Below, one piece after another: positions 12,501 through 24,500 of a DNA stretch of 64,000 nucleotides. The position numbers and the translations under genes were made by a program. This stretch comes from Octopus vulgaris. Lineage: Eukaryota. Where the stretch lies: positions 94,736,001-94,800,000 of the forward strand of contig OX597824.1 in NCBI GenBank assembly GCA_951406725.2, in the 5' to 3' direction. Below the pieces are notes generated by a model, which saw only the letters and a list, made by a program, of their open reading frames with translations, was not told the DNA's origin and did no database searches. Position 1 is the stretch's first letter. Every line of letters starts with the position of its first letter.

Positions 12501-14918
12501 TAACATTCATTTACAACAATCATGCAATGTGAAGACAAGGAGATAGAAACACACAGACACACACTCCTCTTTTATGAATCTGAGGCTTATATTCCAATGT
12601 AAAGAATTAAAACATGCAGAAAAGAAAGAAGAATTTTTTTGTAATTGCAGCTTACATCGTTTGTAATGACAACAATCATTTTCTCAATTACATCCACAAA
12701 AATTTCATTTTTTCGGTTTTCCTGCAAATTAGATAACCAAAACTCAATATACATACATATACATATAATTTTACAAACTCGAACTGCACCTCAGATGCAG
12801 TCAGTTTACAAATTACCATATTTTATGGCATAAAAGGTGCAGCAATTATTCAGAGAAAACCGGTCTTAGTGCATTAAATCATGTATTATACAAAACAATC
12901 TAACAGTTCAATACAAAACATTAGAAAATTACATAAGCTGGTCCACTGTTATGATAATTCCTTCTATAGTACAAGTAATAATAATAATAATAATAACAAG
13001 AGCACTCAGAGAGCACAAACTTCTGCCAAGGCAACCCCAATGCCCTCTGAACGATTAGCTAAAGATGATTTTTAAAATGAGAATGTCTGATATAAACTCA
13101 ACTGCTCTCACAAACGAGAATACTAAAAATGGACCTGACTGCTCTCAAAAATTAAGTAAAGAAACTGGAAAAATAATCCAGAATCCTTGTCCGGTACTGG
13201 ATTGGTCCCAAAATCTAATCAGTTGGTGCCAGTCACGAGGCCAAACATCCCTGAAAGTTTCATCCAAATCCATCCAGCGGTTCTTAAGATATTTTGTCCA
13301 TGGACAGACAAACAAACACAACTAAAAACAATACCTCTACCTTCGCTAAGGTGGAGGTGATAATAACAACGGTTTCAGATTTTGCCACATAGGCAGCAAT
13401 TTTGAGGGAAGGGACTAGTTGATTACATCGACCCCAGTGTTCAACTGGTACTTATTTTATCGACCCCAAGAGGATGAAAGGCAAAGTCAACCTTGGTGGA
13501 ATTTGAACTCAAAATGTAAAGACAAACGAAATGCCACTAAGCATTTTGCCCGGTGTGCTAACGTTTCTGCCAGCTTGGGGTTAAGTAAAAATTATTATGG
13601 AGTCAGGTTAGGTAGACGAGACCATCTGTAAGTGTTTATTACATGACACCATTACGTGTGCCTTTCACATGGCACCAACAACAGGTGCTTTTCATGAGAC
13701 GCCAGCCAGTAATTAGTATGAAGATTGTAATTAGTTTGGTTTAAATAGTTAGTATCGTGAATTATGTAGAGAATATTATGTAATTACTAATGTAGGTGCA
13801 GGCCTGGCTGTGTGGTTAAGAAGCTAGCTTTGCAACCACATGGCTTTGAGTTCAGACCCACTGCACAGCACCTTGGGCAAGTGTCTTCTACTATAGCCCT
13901 AGGCTGACCCATGCCTTGTGAGTGAATATGGTAGATGGAAACTGAGTGGAAGTTTGTGTGTGTGTATGTGTGCTCACAACACCACTTGGTAATTGGTGTT
14001 GGTTTGAACTAAACCCTTTCCAGGTTGTGCCCCAGCATGGACACAGTCCAATGACTGAAACAAACAGAGATAAAAAAAAAACAGTAATTTCTCTTATTTT
14101 GCAGTGAGCACAAATGAAGTTGTTCTTGCTGCTGTTTAGCCCCAGGTCAGCCTTGACTGAGCAAGTCTATGGTCAGAGGTATTTCCACTGGCCGGCTCTT
14201 GTGGTACCGTCCCACACATGCTAGCACGGAACATATGATGGTGATCATCATCATCATCATCATATAATTTTCCTATTTACGTCTAAGACAACACTGATTT
14301 ACATTATTTACATTTGACGGATATTTGTCCTCATCTTCTTTGTTGTTAACACAACGTTTCGGTTGATATACTCTCCAGCCTTCATCAGGTGTCTTGGGGA
14401 AATTTCGAACCTGGGTTCTTATTCCTAAAGTATTTTTTTTGTTGTTGTTGTTATTGTTATTATTATCATTCTAATTGTTGTTATTGTTATTATTATTATT
14501 ATTCAGGTAACTGCCTGGAATCGAACTCGGAATCTTGGGGTTAGTAGCCCACACTCTTAACCACTACACCATATGCCCATGGGCAATTATGGAGTGAATG
14601 TAAATAATGTACATAATTCCTCATCTCTTAAATATAGAACTGTAAGACAACACTGTCCAATATCCAATGTGACCTTCCCTTTGAGACAACATGGCTGTTA
14701 TTTTTAGCAGGTCAAGCAACCACATGAGGCTCCATCATTGTCTTGCATGAATTAAATGGTTAGTACTGGTTCTAAGAACATTTTTGTAGCAGGAAAACTC
14801 ACCGTAGCAAACTTTGCTGAATAGGAAATTTTGCTGTAAGATAATTTCACCACACAGACAATTTCAAAGATACGGCAGGTAACCTGATTTAGAGAAATTG
14901 GAGCTCTGAAAAACATTG

Positions 14919-14976
<58 letters not shown>

Positions 14977-17900
14977 GAGCAAACCCCCCTGTCCAATGGA
15001 CGGTGCTGAGTTGTCAAACATTTAAACCAGATTTTCTCAAAACAACTTGTCCGACCATCCCATAGGCCTCCCCTTTGAGAAACACTGATTTAACCTAAAT
15101 TTGAGACACCAGCAAAAGACAGATTTCAGCTGATGTACTTGTGCGTACAAATGCACGTTCCCACGGCTTTATCAATCGCATTCTCACCTGGAATCGAATT
15201 TTGTAATTTTTTCAAGACTTATACATGCCCTGATACTGTCGGTATCTACATATCAAATTTGAGTGCAATCAGATGGAGGATGCCCGAGATCCTAGAAGAC
15301 ACACAGACAGACAGACAGAATGGATTTTATATAACAGATGTTTTTTATAATTCTGTTTTATATTTAACTGTCTTTTAGATTGCTTTATTTTGCCCTCCCT
15401 AACTCTGTAGTTTTGCCATAATAATCTAATAGATAAGTTGGTTGAAACAATTATATAACAGGGAACCAATTCATCCCTTTTTGGTGAAATTGTCTTGCAG
15501 CAAAATTTCCTATGGCAAAATTTCCTGTGGCCAAAATTCCTGAGTTGAATTTACCTGTGGCAAAAATGTTCATGTCAAACTTTCAGGACATGGTTAGTAC
15601 TGGTGACATAAATAGGTGGTAAGGTTTATTTCATAAATAGTATGGAAAGCAACATTAAGATTAGAAGTTAGTATTAGTTTGTTAATTAAGCAGTTAATAA
15701 ATGTAAATTGAATTTAGGATGACTTCTATGTTAATGGAATCAGTATGATAACGACACACAGATGTCTAAATACATGCTGGCTAATTAACTAAACATCAGA
15801 TTTATTGCCATCGTACACATTAAATTCATGATTAAATTAGATGTTGTTAATAACATTACAATTTAGAATGGCAAACTGGTAGAATCGTTAACATGCCAGG
15901 CATCTGCCTTAACATTTTGAGTTCAAATTCTGCCACGGTCGAATTTGCCTTTCATACCTTCAGGGTCCATAAAATAAGTACCAGATGAGCGCGGGGGTTG
16001 ATGTAATTGACTTACCCCCTCCTCCACCAAAATTTGGGACCAATAACATTAGAATTTTCTGGTCTTCTTAACGTCTTCCATAAGTATGTATCATCATCAC
16101 CATTCTCCTTTAATGTCCATTTTGCTGTGCTTGCATGGGTCAGATGGTATTTGTTGAGGTAGATTTTCTATGGCTGGATGCCCTTCCTGTTGCCACCCCT
16201 TACTGGTTTCCCATCGCTGGGCATGTTTCTCGCGAAAGACTAGAAACGAACAACCTTTCTTGCATGATGGTGTTTATTAACCACCATCAGTTGATTTCTA
16301 AACATGGCTATACACAAGAACATACATACATACACAGACACATACATATATATACAAACAGTATATATTCAGTTTCCATCCACCAAATCCACTTACAGGC
16401 CTTCAGTCAATCTGGGGCCATAGTAGAAGACACCATCCCAAGGTGCCACACAGTGGGACTGAACACAGGACCACATGGTTGGGAAGTAAGCTTCTTAACC
16501 GCACAGCCATGAAATGTTGCAGGATTTGGGAAAGACAGTGATGACGTTTGAATGTTTACCCTATATACTACATCGACTTGCAATGCCAGAAAATATGGTA
16601 ACCAATATGGTTTGAATACTACTAATCATACTAATCGTACACAGCTCAACCAATACTTATTCCATTTGGATTTCAGGTTTAAGAAAAGACAGAAGTTTGT
16701 TGCATAGATGTTCTGTGTATATACGTTGACACAAGTGACAAAGAGCACTAGAGAGAGATATTTACCTGTTCCACAGCTGTTCTAACAACAGGTTTACTTG
16801 AAGCAGAACTTGGAGCCACTCTGGTTTCTATTCCAAACTGAAACAGAGGGAAAAACTATCTTTTAACTGCCAATGGATAAGTTTCTTGGGTATTTTTCAA
16901 AGTTCCATTTCCCGTTTCAGATTGTCAGGAGATAATTACCTCCCTTTGTAATAACTGCCACGTGCAGTCTTCAGGGTACTTCTGAATAAGAAGTATACTA
17001 AAGGCGGTGCTCCAGCATGGCCGCAGTCAAATGACTGACATAAATAAAAGAGTAAAATTTTAGCCAATAGTTCTAATATTGGACGGTAGCCTCTTGTAGT
17101 CCAGGAAAGATAGTTCTGCAATTTCTTACCGAACAACCTGCAGGAATGTTTTGTTTATAATGGTCAAATGTATGTGCTGTACATTAGCGCTCCCTTCATC
17201 AAACTGACACTACCTGTACAGGTGTACCACACTTCAGGTGTTGAAATGATTGCAGAGTAATTTGTGATGAAGTGTTTTACTCAAAAACACAATGTACCAC
17301 CTGGTCAACGAATTGAAACCATGGTCTTAGGATCTTGAGTGCAAAACCTTAACCTGTAGGCTATGAGCCCTCAACAGTTCTAAGATTAATTATTCAGTAT
17401 CTAACCAAATGTGTTCTGCTTCTTCTCGGTATAACATTTCTTTTCCACATGCATAGGACGAAAATCAGTCATCACAGTTTGTCTTACTTTTTAAATAATT
17501 AATGTCAATGAAGAGGGCCTTAATGATGTTGATGAAGTTCAGTTTGAATGTCTGTGGGTTAATAATCTGTGGAAAAAAATCAGGAAAGAAGGCAGGACGG
17601 AAGGAATGAAGGAAGGGAGAGAAAGAGGGAATTCCAAATGGTCACATTCCTAAAACAGAAGTATAGTGCAGAGTGTTGGGGTTTCAGGCGCTTCAAGGAT
17701 AGGGTCATTGAGAAGAACAGCATTTAGGAAAGTTAGTGTTTCAGCCAGGGACACAAGACAGCAAGGGTAGTGATTAGTACAAACAATTCAAAATGACAAA
17801 GAATTCAAACCCTGTGTTAGCTGAGTTGGTGGAGTAGAGTGGGGGCAGAGGGGTGGAGGGGCTTGAGGAGTTGTGTACAGTTAAGGTACTGGAAAGAAGG

Positions 17901-18545
17901 ATTTCAGGAGGAAACAAGCTCAGGTTATGTCCTCAACACAGGACAAAAACTAATCAAACAAATCAATCACAGAGGTAATTAATCACATATATATATATAT
18001 TAATCATATATATCAGTGGTTCTCAACCGGGGTTCATATGGCCCTAGGGGATCCATATGGCTTTTGGGAGTACATATAAAGTTTTTGTTGTTAAAATTTA
18101 AGTGCAATAAACTGGTCATATTTCTACAATGCACAAAATATTAAAAAACAATTTTTTATACAATTCCTTTTAATATTCAACCCTTTAGCATTTAATCCAG
18201 CCATATCCAGCCCAAATATGCTACATGTTTTATATACAAATTGGCCACATCCAACCTCTCACACCTGCACTACAATGTCATTCTAAAAATATAAAAACGT
18301 ACCATTGAAATCTTGAAGCTACAATATACTCTTTTACTTTTTTATTCTTTTATTCGTTTCAGTCATTTGACTGTGGCCATGCTAGAGCACAGCCTTTAGT
18401 CGAGTAAATCGACCACAGGACTTATTCTTTGTAAGCCTAGTACTTATTCTATCGGTCACTTCTGCTGAACCGGTAATTTACGGGGACGTAAACACACCAG
18501 CATCGGTTGTCAAGTGATATTGGAAGGACAAACACAGACACACAA

Positions 18546-18590
<45 letters not shown>

Positions 18591-21500
18591 CATATATTTA
18601 TATATACATATATACGATGGACTTCGTTCAGTTTCCGTCTACCAAATCCACTCACAAGGCTTTGGTCAGCCCGAGGCTATAGTAGAAGACACTTGCCTAA
18701 GGTGCCATGCAGTGGGACTGAACCCCGAAGCATGTGGTTTGTAAACAAGCTACTTACCACACAGCCACTCCTACGCCTATATAATGCTTGATTAATTCAA
18801 AACAATGTGAATAAATAAGCAACACATTTGACAGAGTAATTATGAAAGCTAAAGGGTTAATCATGAATGGCTATGAGGGTCCCCACTCATAGAGTAAAAT
18901 AGGAATCAAATGGGTCCATAGGTAAAAAAAAAGGTTGAGAACCCCTGATATAAATGCACTGTATACATTGAATAAGTGTAACCATAAACCCTTTTCTTAC
19001 CATATTGCTGCTGAAAGAGACTGATTTTGCTTTAATTAATTTTGAAAATAACGAAGAATTTAATAATATAACTTTGTCGTTATGAAGGTGGTGTTTAGAA
19101 CATAAATTAACATGCAATTTTGATAGGTTTTAATTAAGCTCGTTTTAAAACGGAACAAGGAGTGCTTTCAGGGAGGTTGGGATCAAAAAGGGTTAAAAAT
19201 GTATGGTGATATACAGACTCATAAATACAATTAACACACACATACACACACAGACGGAGTTTAGAAGCCAAGGAAATAGGAATTATCTTACCAATCTTGA
19301 TGCAATTTCTTCTGCCGGAGATCTGTTAGCTAAAACAAGGACTGGATCTGACTGGATATATGGTTTAATCTTGTCCGTTGTGGCCAACTGGATGTATCCA
19401 AATTCCTAATAAAAAGACAACGAATATAAACATTGTCAAAAATTGTGAACTTATCACTTGTGTTGGGGGAATTTCAGACAAAAATAAGGTCCTTGATAAA
19501 ATAACATCGCATTTACTGAAAGAAAAGTTCTTAATTGTGTGTTCTGCCCAGGGACAGGACAAAAATGCTTGCAGATTTAAAACCACAATGTAGTGAAAAA
19601 ATTTTTTTCCCTGTTTGGGATGAGGAGAAATGAGATTAGTCAGAGGAAAAACAAGGGCAAGAGACATAGAGAGAGGGACCAAATATATGAGCTCACATTC
19701 CAGTACCTTACACATTTGACATTGACCCTTTCTGTTATAATAGGCAAAGGTTTCTTTCGTAGTTCGGGTGAGATTTTGTCTAAACTGGTGTGTGAAGGAA
19801 GACAGTGATTAAAGATTGAGTTAAGAGGGTAATAGGAAGAGAAATATACAAATTATAAGGAAGGGGATAGTTGATTGCATCAACTTTCATATGCAATTGG
19901 TATTCACTTTATCAATCCCAGAAGGTAGAAAGGTAAAGTTGACCTCAGAACTATGAACTGGGAGAAATGGTTGTTTGACGTTAATTAACAGAGAACTGAC
20001 AATGACTCCTACTTACCAAAATCTCGTTCAATATTTCGTAAATCAGGAGAACATTAGCTCGAATAGCATCTTCACTGACAACTCCACAGAAATCTTTGCA
20101 GATCAGGAAGAACCTAGCAAAAGAAAAGGAAAAGGGAATCTATAAATTACATCCTCACCGTTGTTTTAATGTCTGCTTTACCCATGTTGTCTTAAGAATA
20201 AAGGTGTACAGATATCAATCGACGGGGTCCTGATGCACAGCTGCTCGGAAAAAGATGGAGTGGTCATGGCTGGAACAGCTTTGGTCATAGATCCACTCAA
20301 TCTGACCTGGGGCTCATCGCCATCAGCAGTACCATCTGCATTTAACATCCGTTTTCCATGCTGATGTGGGTTAGATGGTTTGACTGGAGCTGGTAAGTCC
20401 AGGGGCTACACAAGGTTCCATTGTCTGTTCTGGTTTGGTTTCTATGGCTGGATGCCCTTCCTGACAACAACTGCTCCACACAGTGTACTCTGTGCTTATC
20501 ATGTAGCACCAGCAGAGATACTCTTCACATGGCCTGGCACAGGTGCTTTTCATGTGGGGGCCAGCATAGATGCATATTATGTGATGCCAAAACACCAATT
20601 ATGTTTATTTCTTTGAGCAAGGCCCAAGGCTCATAACTCCATTTACTGCAGCTTGCCTTGACTAACAGGCTTGCTCTGTTCCTACTTCATATATGGACAT
20701 ACATGGAATGATAAGAAAATGCTGCTGTCAAGATTATTTCCAGACCGGCAGAGCCATCTGGTTAAGGTCACGCACAGGAGCCAGTCAGGCGGGCCTGGCA
20801 TCGGTCATGTTCAGATGGCGCTTTCTATGTGCTACCAGTGCAAGAGCAAGTCAGGGGGTACTTATTTCTTTATTGCCCACAAGGGGCTAAACATAGAGGG
20901 GACAAACAAAGACAGACAAAGGGATTAAGTCGATTACAACGACCCCAGTGCGTAAGTGGTACTTAATTTATCGACCCTGAAAGGATGAAAGGCAAAGTCA
21001 ACCTCGGTGGAATTTGAACTCAGAACATAAAGACAGACAAAATACTGCTAAGCATTTCACCTGGCCATGATCGGTTGGTGCTTTTTACGTGCCAGCAGCA
21101 CAGAAGCCAGTTTGGGGGTACTGGCATTGGCCACGTTCGGTTGGTGCTTTTTACATGCCACTGGCACAAGAAGCAGACATAGGGTTCTGGCCCCATATAA
21201 TTTAATCTAATCCATGTGTTTAATTATTTCCACAACCACTGCATGACTCTACTCTGAATGCAAAAACAGTATTTAATGATTCTAACCTGGTAAGGAACTC
21301 CACAAGAAAGATAGGAGACATGTTACAGGTCGTTACAGCCATGATAAAAAGTCCGTTTCGCTTGATGTGGCAAAATGTGACATCGTCTTCTTTCTAAAAT
21401 GAGAGAAATTTCAATGAAAAAAAATTAACAAATTATATGAACATTTCAAACAGATTCGAGACGATTCAAGATTTTATCTTTTTATTTCAGAAAATAATAA

Positions 21501-24500
21501 AAATAGGAAAATTATCTAAATTACAATCTGTAAGACACTAGTGTGGTTACATGGTTAAAACATTTGCTTCCCAACCACAATGTTTCAGGTTCAGTCCCAC
21601 TGCGCAGCATGACATCTTGGTCAAGTGTCTTCTACTGTGGCCTCAGGCTGGCCAAAGCCTTGTGAGTAAATTTGGAGGATGGAAACTGAAAGAAATCCAC
21701 CACACACACACGTGGTGTGGATATGTGTGTGTGTGTGTGTGTGTCTGTATGTTTGGGTATTCCTTTTCTAGACAGCATGTGATATCGTAAACGAGTGCCA
21801 CTGTCACACAAGCAGTGTCATTATTACCAATACACTGCAAACATATGTCTGGCCATGAGAAAATATGACCTTACTTGGAAACAGATAAGGGATGGCAACA
21901 GGGAGCACATCCAGCCATAGAAAATCTGTCTCAATAAACTCTGTCTGGCCCCTGTAAGCAGGAGGCTGAGGGGATCTGTGGAGGTAGATTTTCTACAATC
22001 AGATGCCCTATGTCATCAATCCTCACCTGTTCCTAGCAAGGTAATATTTTCCCATGGCCAGACATGTTTTTGCAGAATGTAGGAAAGGAACGACACCGCT
22101 TGTATAACAGTGAAACTCATTTACAACTATCATGTAATGTCAAGACAAGGAACACACACGCAGGACAGGCTTTTTTCAGTTCCCATCAACAAAATTCACT
22201 CACAAGGCCTTGGTCAGCCCAGGGATGTAAAAGAAGATACTTGCCAAAGGTGCTGTACAGTGGAACTGAACCCAAGACCGCATGGTTAGGAAGCAAACTT
22301 TTTAACCACACAGCCACACTTGTTCCATGAAATGTATTGCTTGTCTTCAAAACTATGTTTCGTTGACCAATTGTTCCACAGTTCAATCCCACTGCCCGGC
22401 ATCTTGGGTAAATATCATTTTCTATAGCCTTGGCTTAATCCAGACCTCGTGAGTAAAACTGCGTAGATAGAAACTGAAAGGAAGCCTGGCAAATGGATTA
22501 TTCCTGTGATTCAAAATAGTCACACACAGTGCCACGTTAATTCTACCTGAGACCTACCTTAAGGGTACACACGTCTGTGGGAAGCTCAGCCACTAATTTC
22601 AGGAGCAGGTAGTTCAGTTGATTAAACAACTGAATCCACAACATCAAATGACACAATATACATATGTCCTTTTCTACTCCAGGCACAAGGATGAAAGGCA
22701 AGCTGACCTCAGTGGAATTGGAGTTCAGAACATGACGACAGATGAAGGCATTTTGCACAGTGATTTACAAGTGAATATACTGACCACAAAATAGGTTTCT
22801 TAAACTAAATGATGACACAGATTATTAATTAAAGTGATGACAGGAGAGAGGAATATACTCACAAAATGGGGTAACAAATGTTCATTTCCAACTGCACGAA
22901 GTTTCTTGAGGAAGATGACTTTAGGGTCAAAATCCAGATCAAATCTGTCTGAGATGTGTTAAGTATAACAACAATATGGACATTTACCAGGTTAATTGAA
23001 TGAAACATCCTACCATACAAGAAGGTTGGCTAAAACGTTCATAGACTGACCTAGATACTCTCATGGAATTTGACCAAATGAGGTTAATTAATCAATATAG
23101 ACCCCTTGCAGTCCCTACACTTCTTCCATGCAAACAAGATTTCACAGCCCTAATATCACTTTTTCATAGTCGGCCTATGAACTTTCCAGCCTACCTTCAT
23201 AGGAGAGAGAAAAGAGGTTCTTTCTTGGTTCTGGTGTGTGGAGAAAGACAGTGGTTAAAAGGTCCAGTTAAGAGGGTAATGGGAAGAGAAGTATACAAGA
23301 GAATTGTTTTTTTATGTGAGCATACAAGGTGGTGGGAGGTATTAAGTGAGATTGTATTGGGTTGACCGGAAAGTTTGTGCCGATATATAGTAGCTTACCT
23401 TTTGACTTATTTTAGAACATGATTGAGTCCATAAAATAGGATTTGACTACACCTTCATTTAGAGAACAGTTTAAGCTATCTTTCCATGGAAGAAGGTTTA
23501 TGTTCCTATAACCCGTGTTAATTCTGTAACCGTTTAAAATGGAAGATAAGAAAGTTCATTTTCGGCACTTGATGCTTTGGGAACCAGACAAAAATTGCTG
23601 CAGCTTGGCTGGGATATGTTACCCTACCCTCCATATTCACCAGATATTGCTCCTTTGAATTCCCACTTATTCAGGTCTCTGCAGAATAGTTTTAATGGTA
23701 AAAATTTCAATTCCTTGGATGACGTAAAAAGATACCTTGATGAATTCTTTGCCATGAAACCCCCTCAGTTCTGGGAAGAGGGTATTTTCAAGTTAAAGGA
23801 AAGATGGAGACGCATTGTGCAACAAAATGGTTCATATTTGGTTGATTAAAAATGTAGTGGCAAGTATTTATCTTTCCTTTAAAAATCAGCACAAACTCTC
23901 CGGACAACCCAATATTATTATGTGAGTCAATAACAAAATGTGATGGGTGTTGTGATGATGTGTGACAGGTCGATAGTGTTATATGTGATAGCAGTGTGAT
24001 GCATGACCACGGTACGAATTATAGCAACAATATGATGTATGACCAAGGTGTGATATGTGACAGAAATGAGATGTAGGACCACATTGTGAAGTATAACAAT
24101 AGAGTGATGTATGGCAGTTTCATAGTTTGATGATCACTACTCAGAAAAATGCACCAGAGTTTCTTCCTAAAGATAAACAGCTATCATTAACAATAATAGA
24201 TTTCTAATTTTATTACAATGAAATAGTTGCTTAAATGAAATTCGTTACTTAAAATGTATTTATCTTATTGTTCCCCGCAAAAAAATCATGACTTCATCCT
24301 AGCAGGATTTGAACCCAGACGTAAAGAACTCTAACTAAATACTGCAATGTACAACGCTGATTCTGCCACCAATTTAATTTTTATGCTAATTTCTACAATA
24401 AATTACATCCCATAAAACGTCTTTTAGCCTCGTGTCACCCATAATCCAGCGGATCTATGAACAAACGCGTTCCAACCATGGACTATCCCCACTTAAAAAA

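Noticed and set aside
23577-23849. Domesticated or active mariner transposase
   Set aside because: Most of the ORF is deleted and the third catalytic Asp position is altered; non-autonomous relic.
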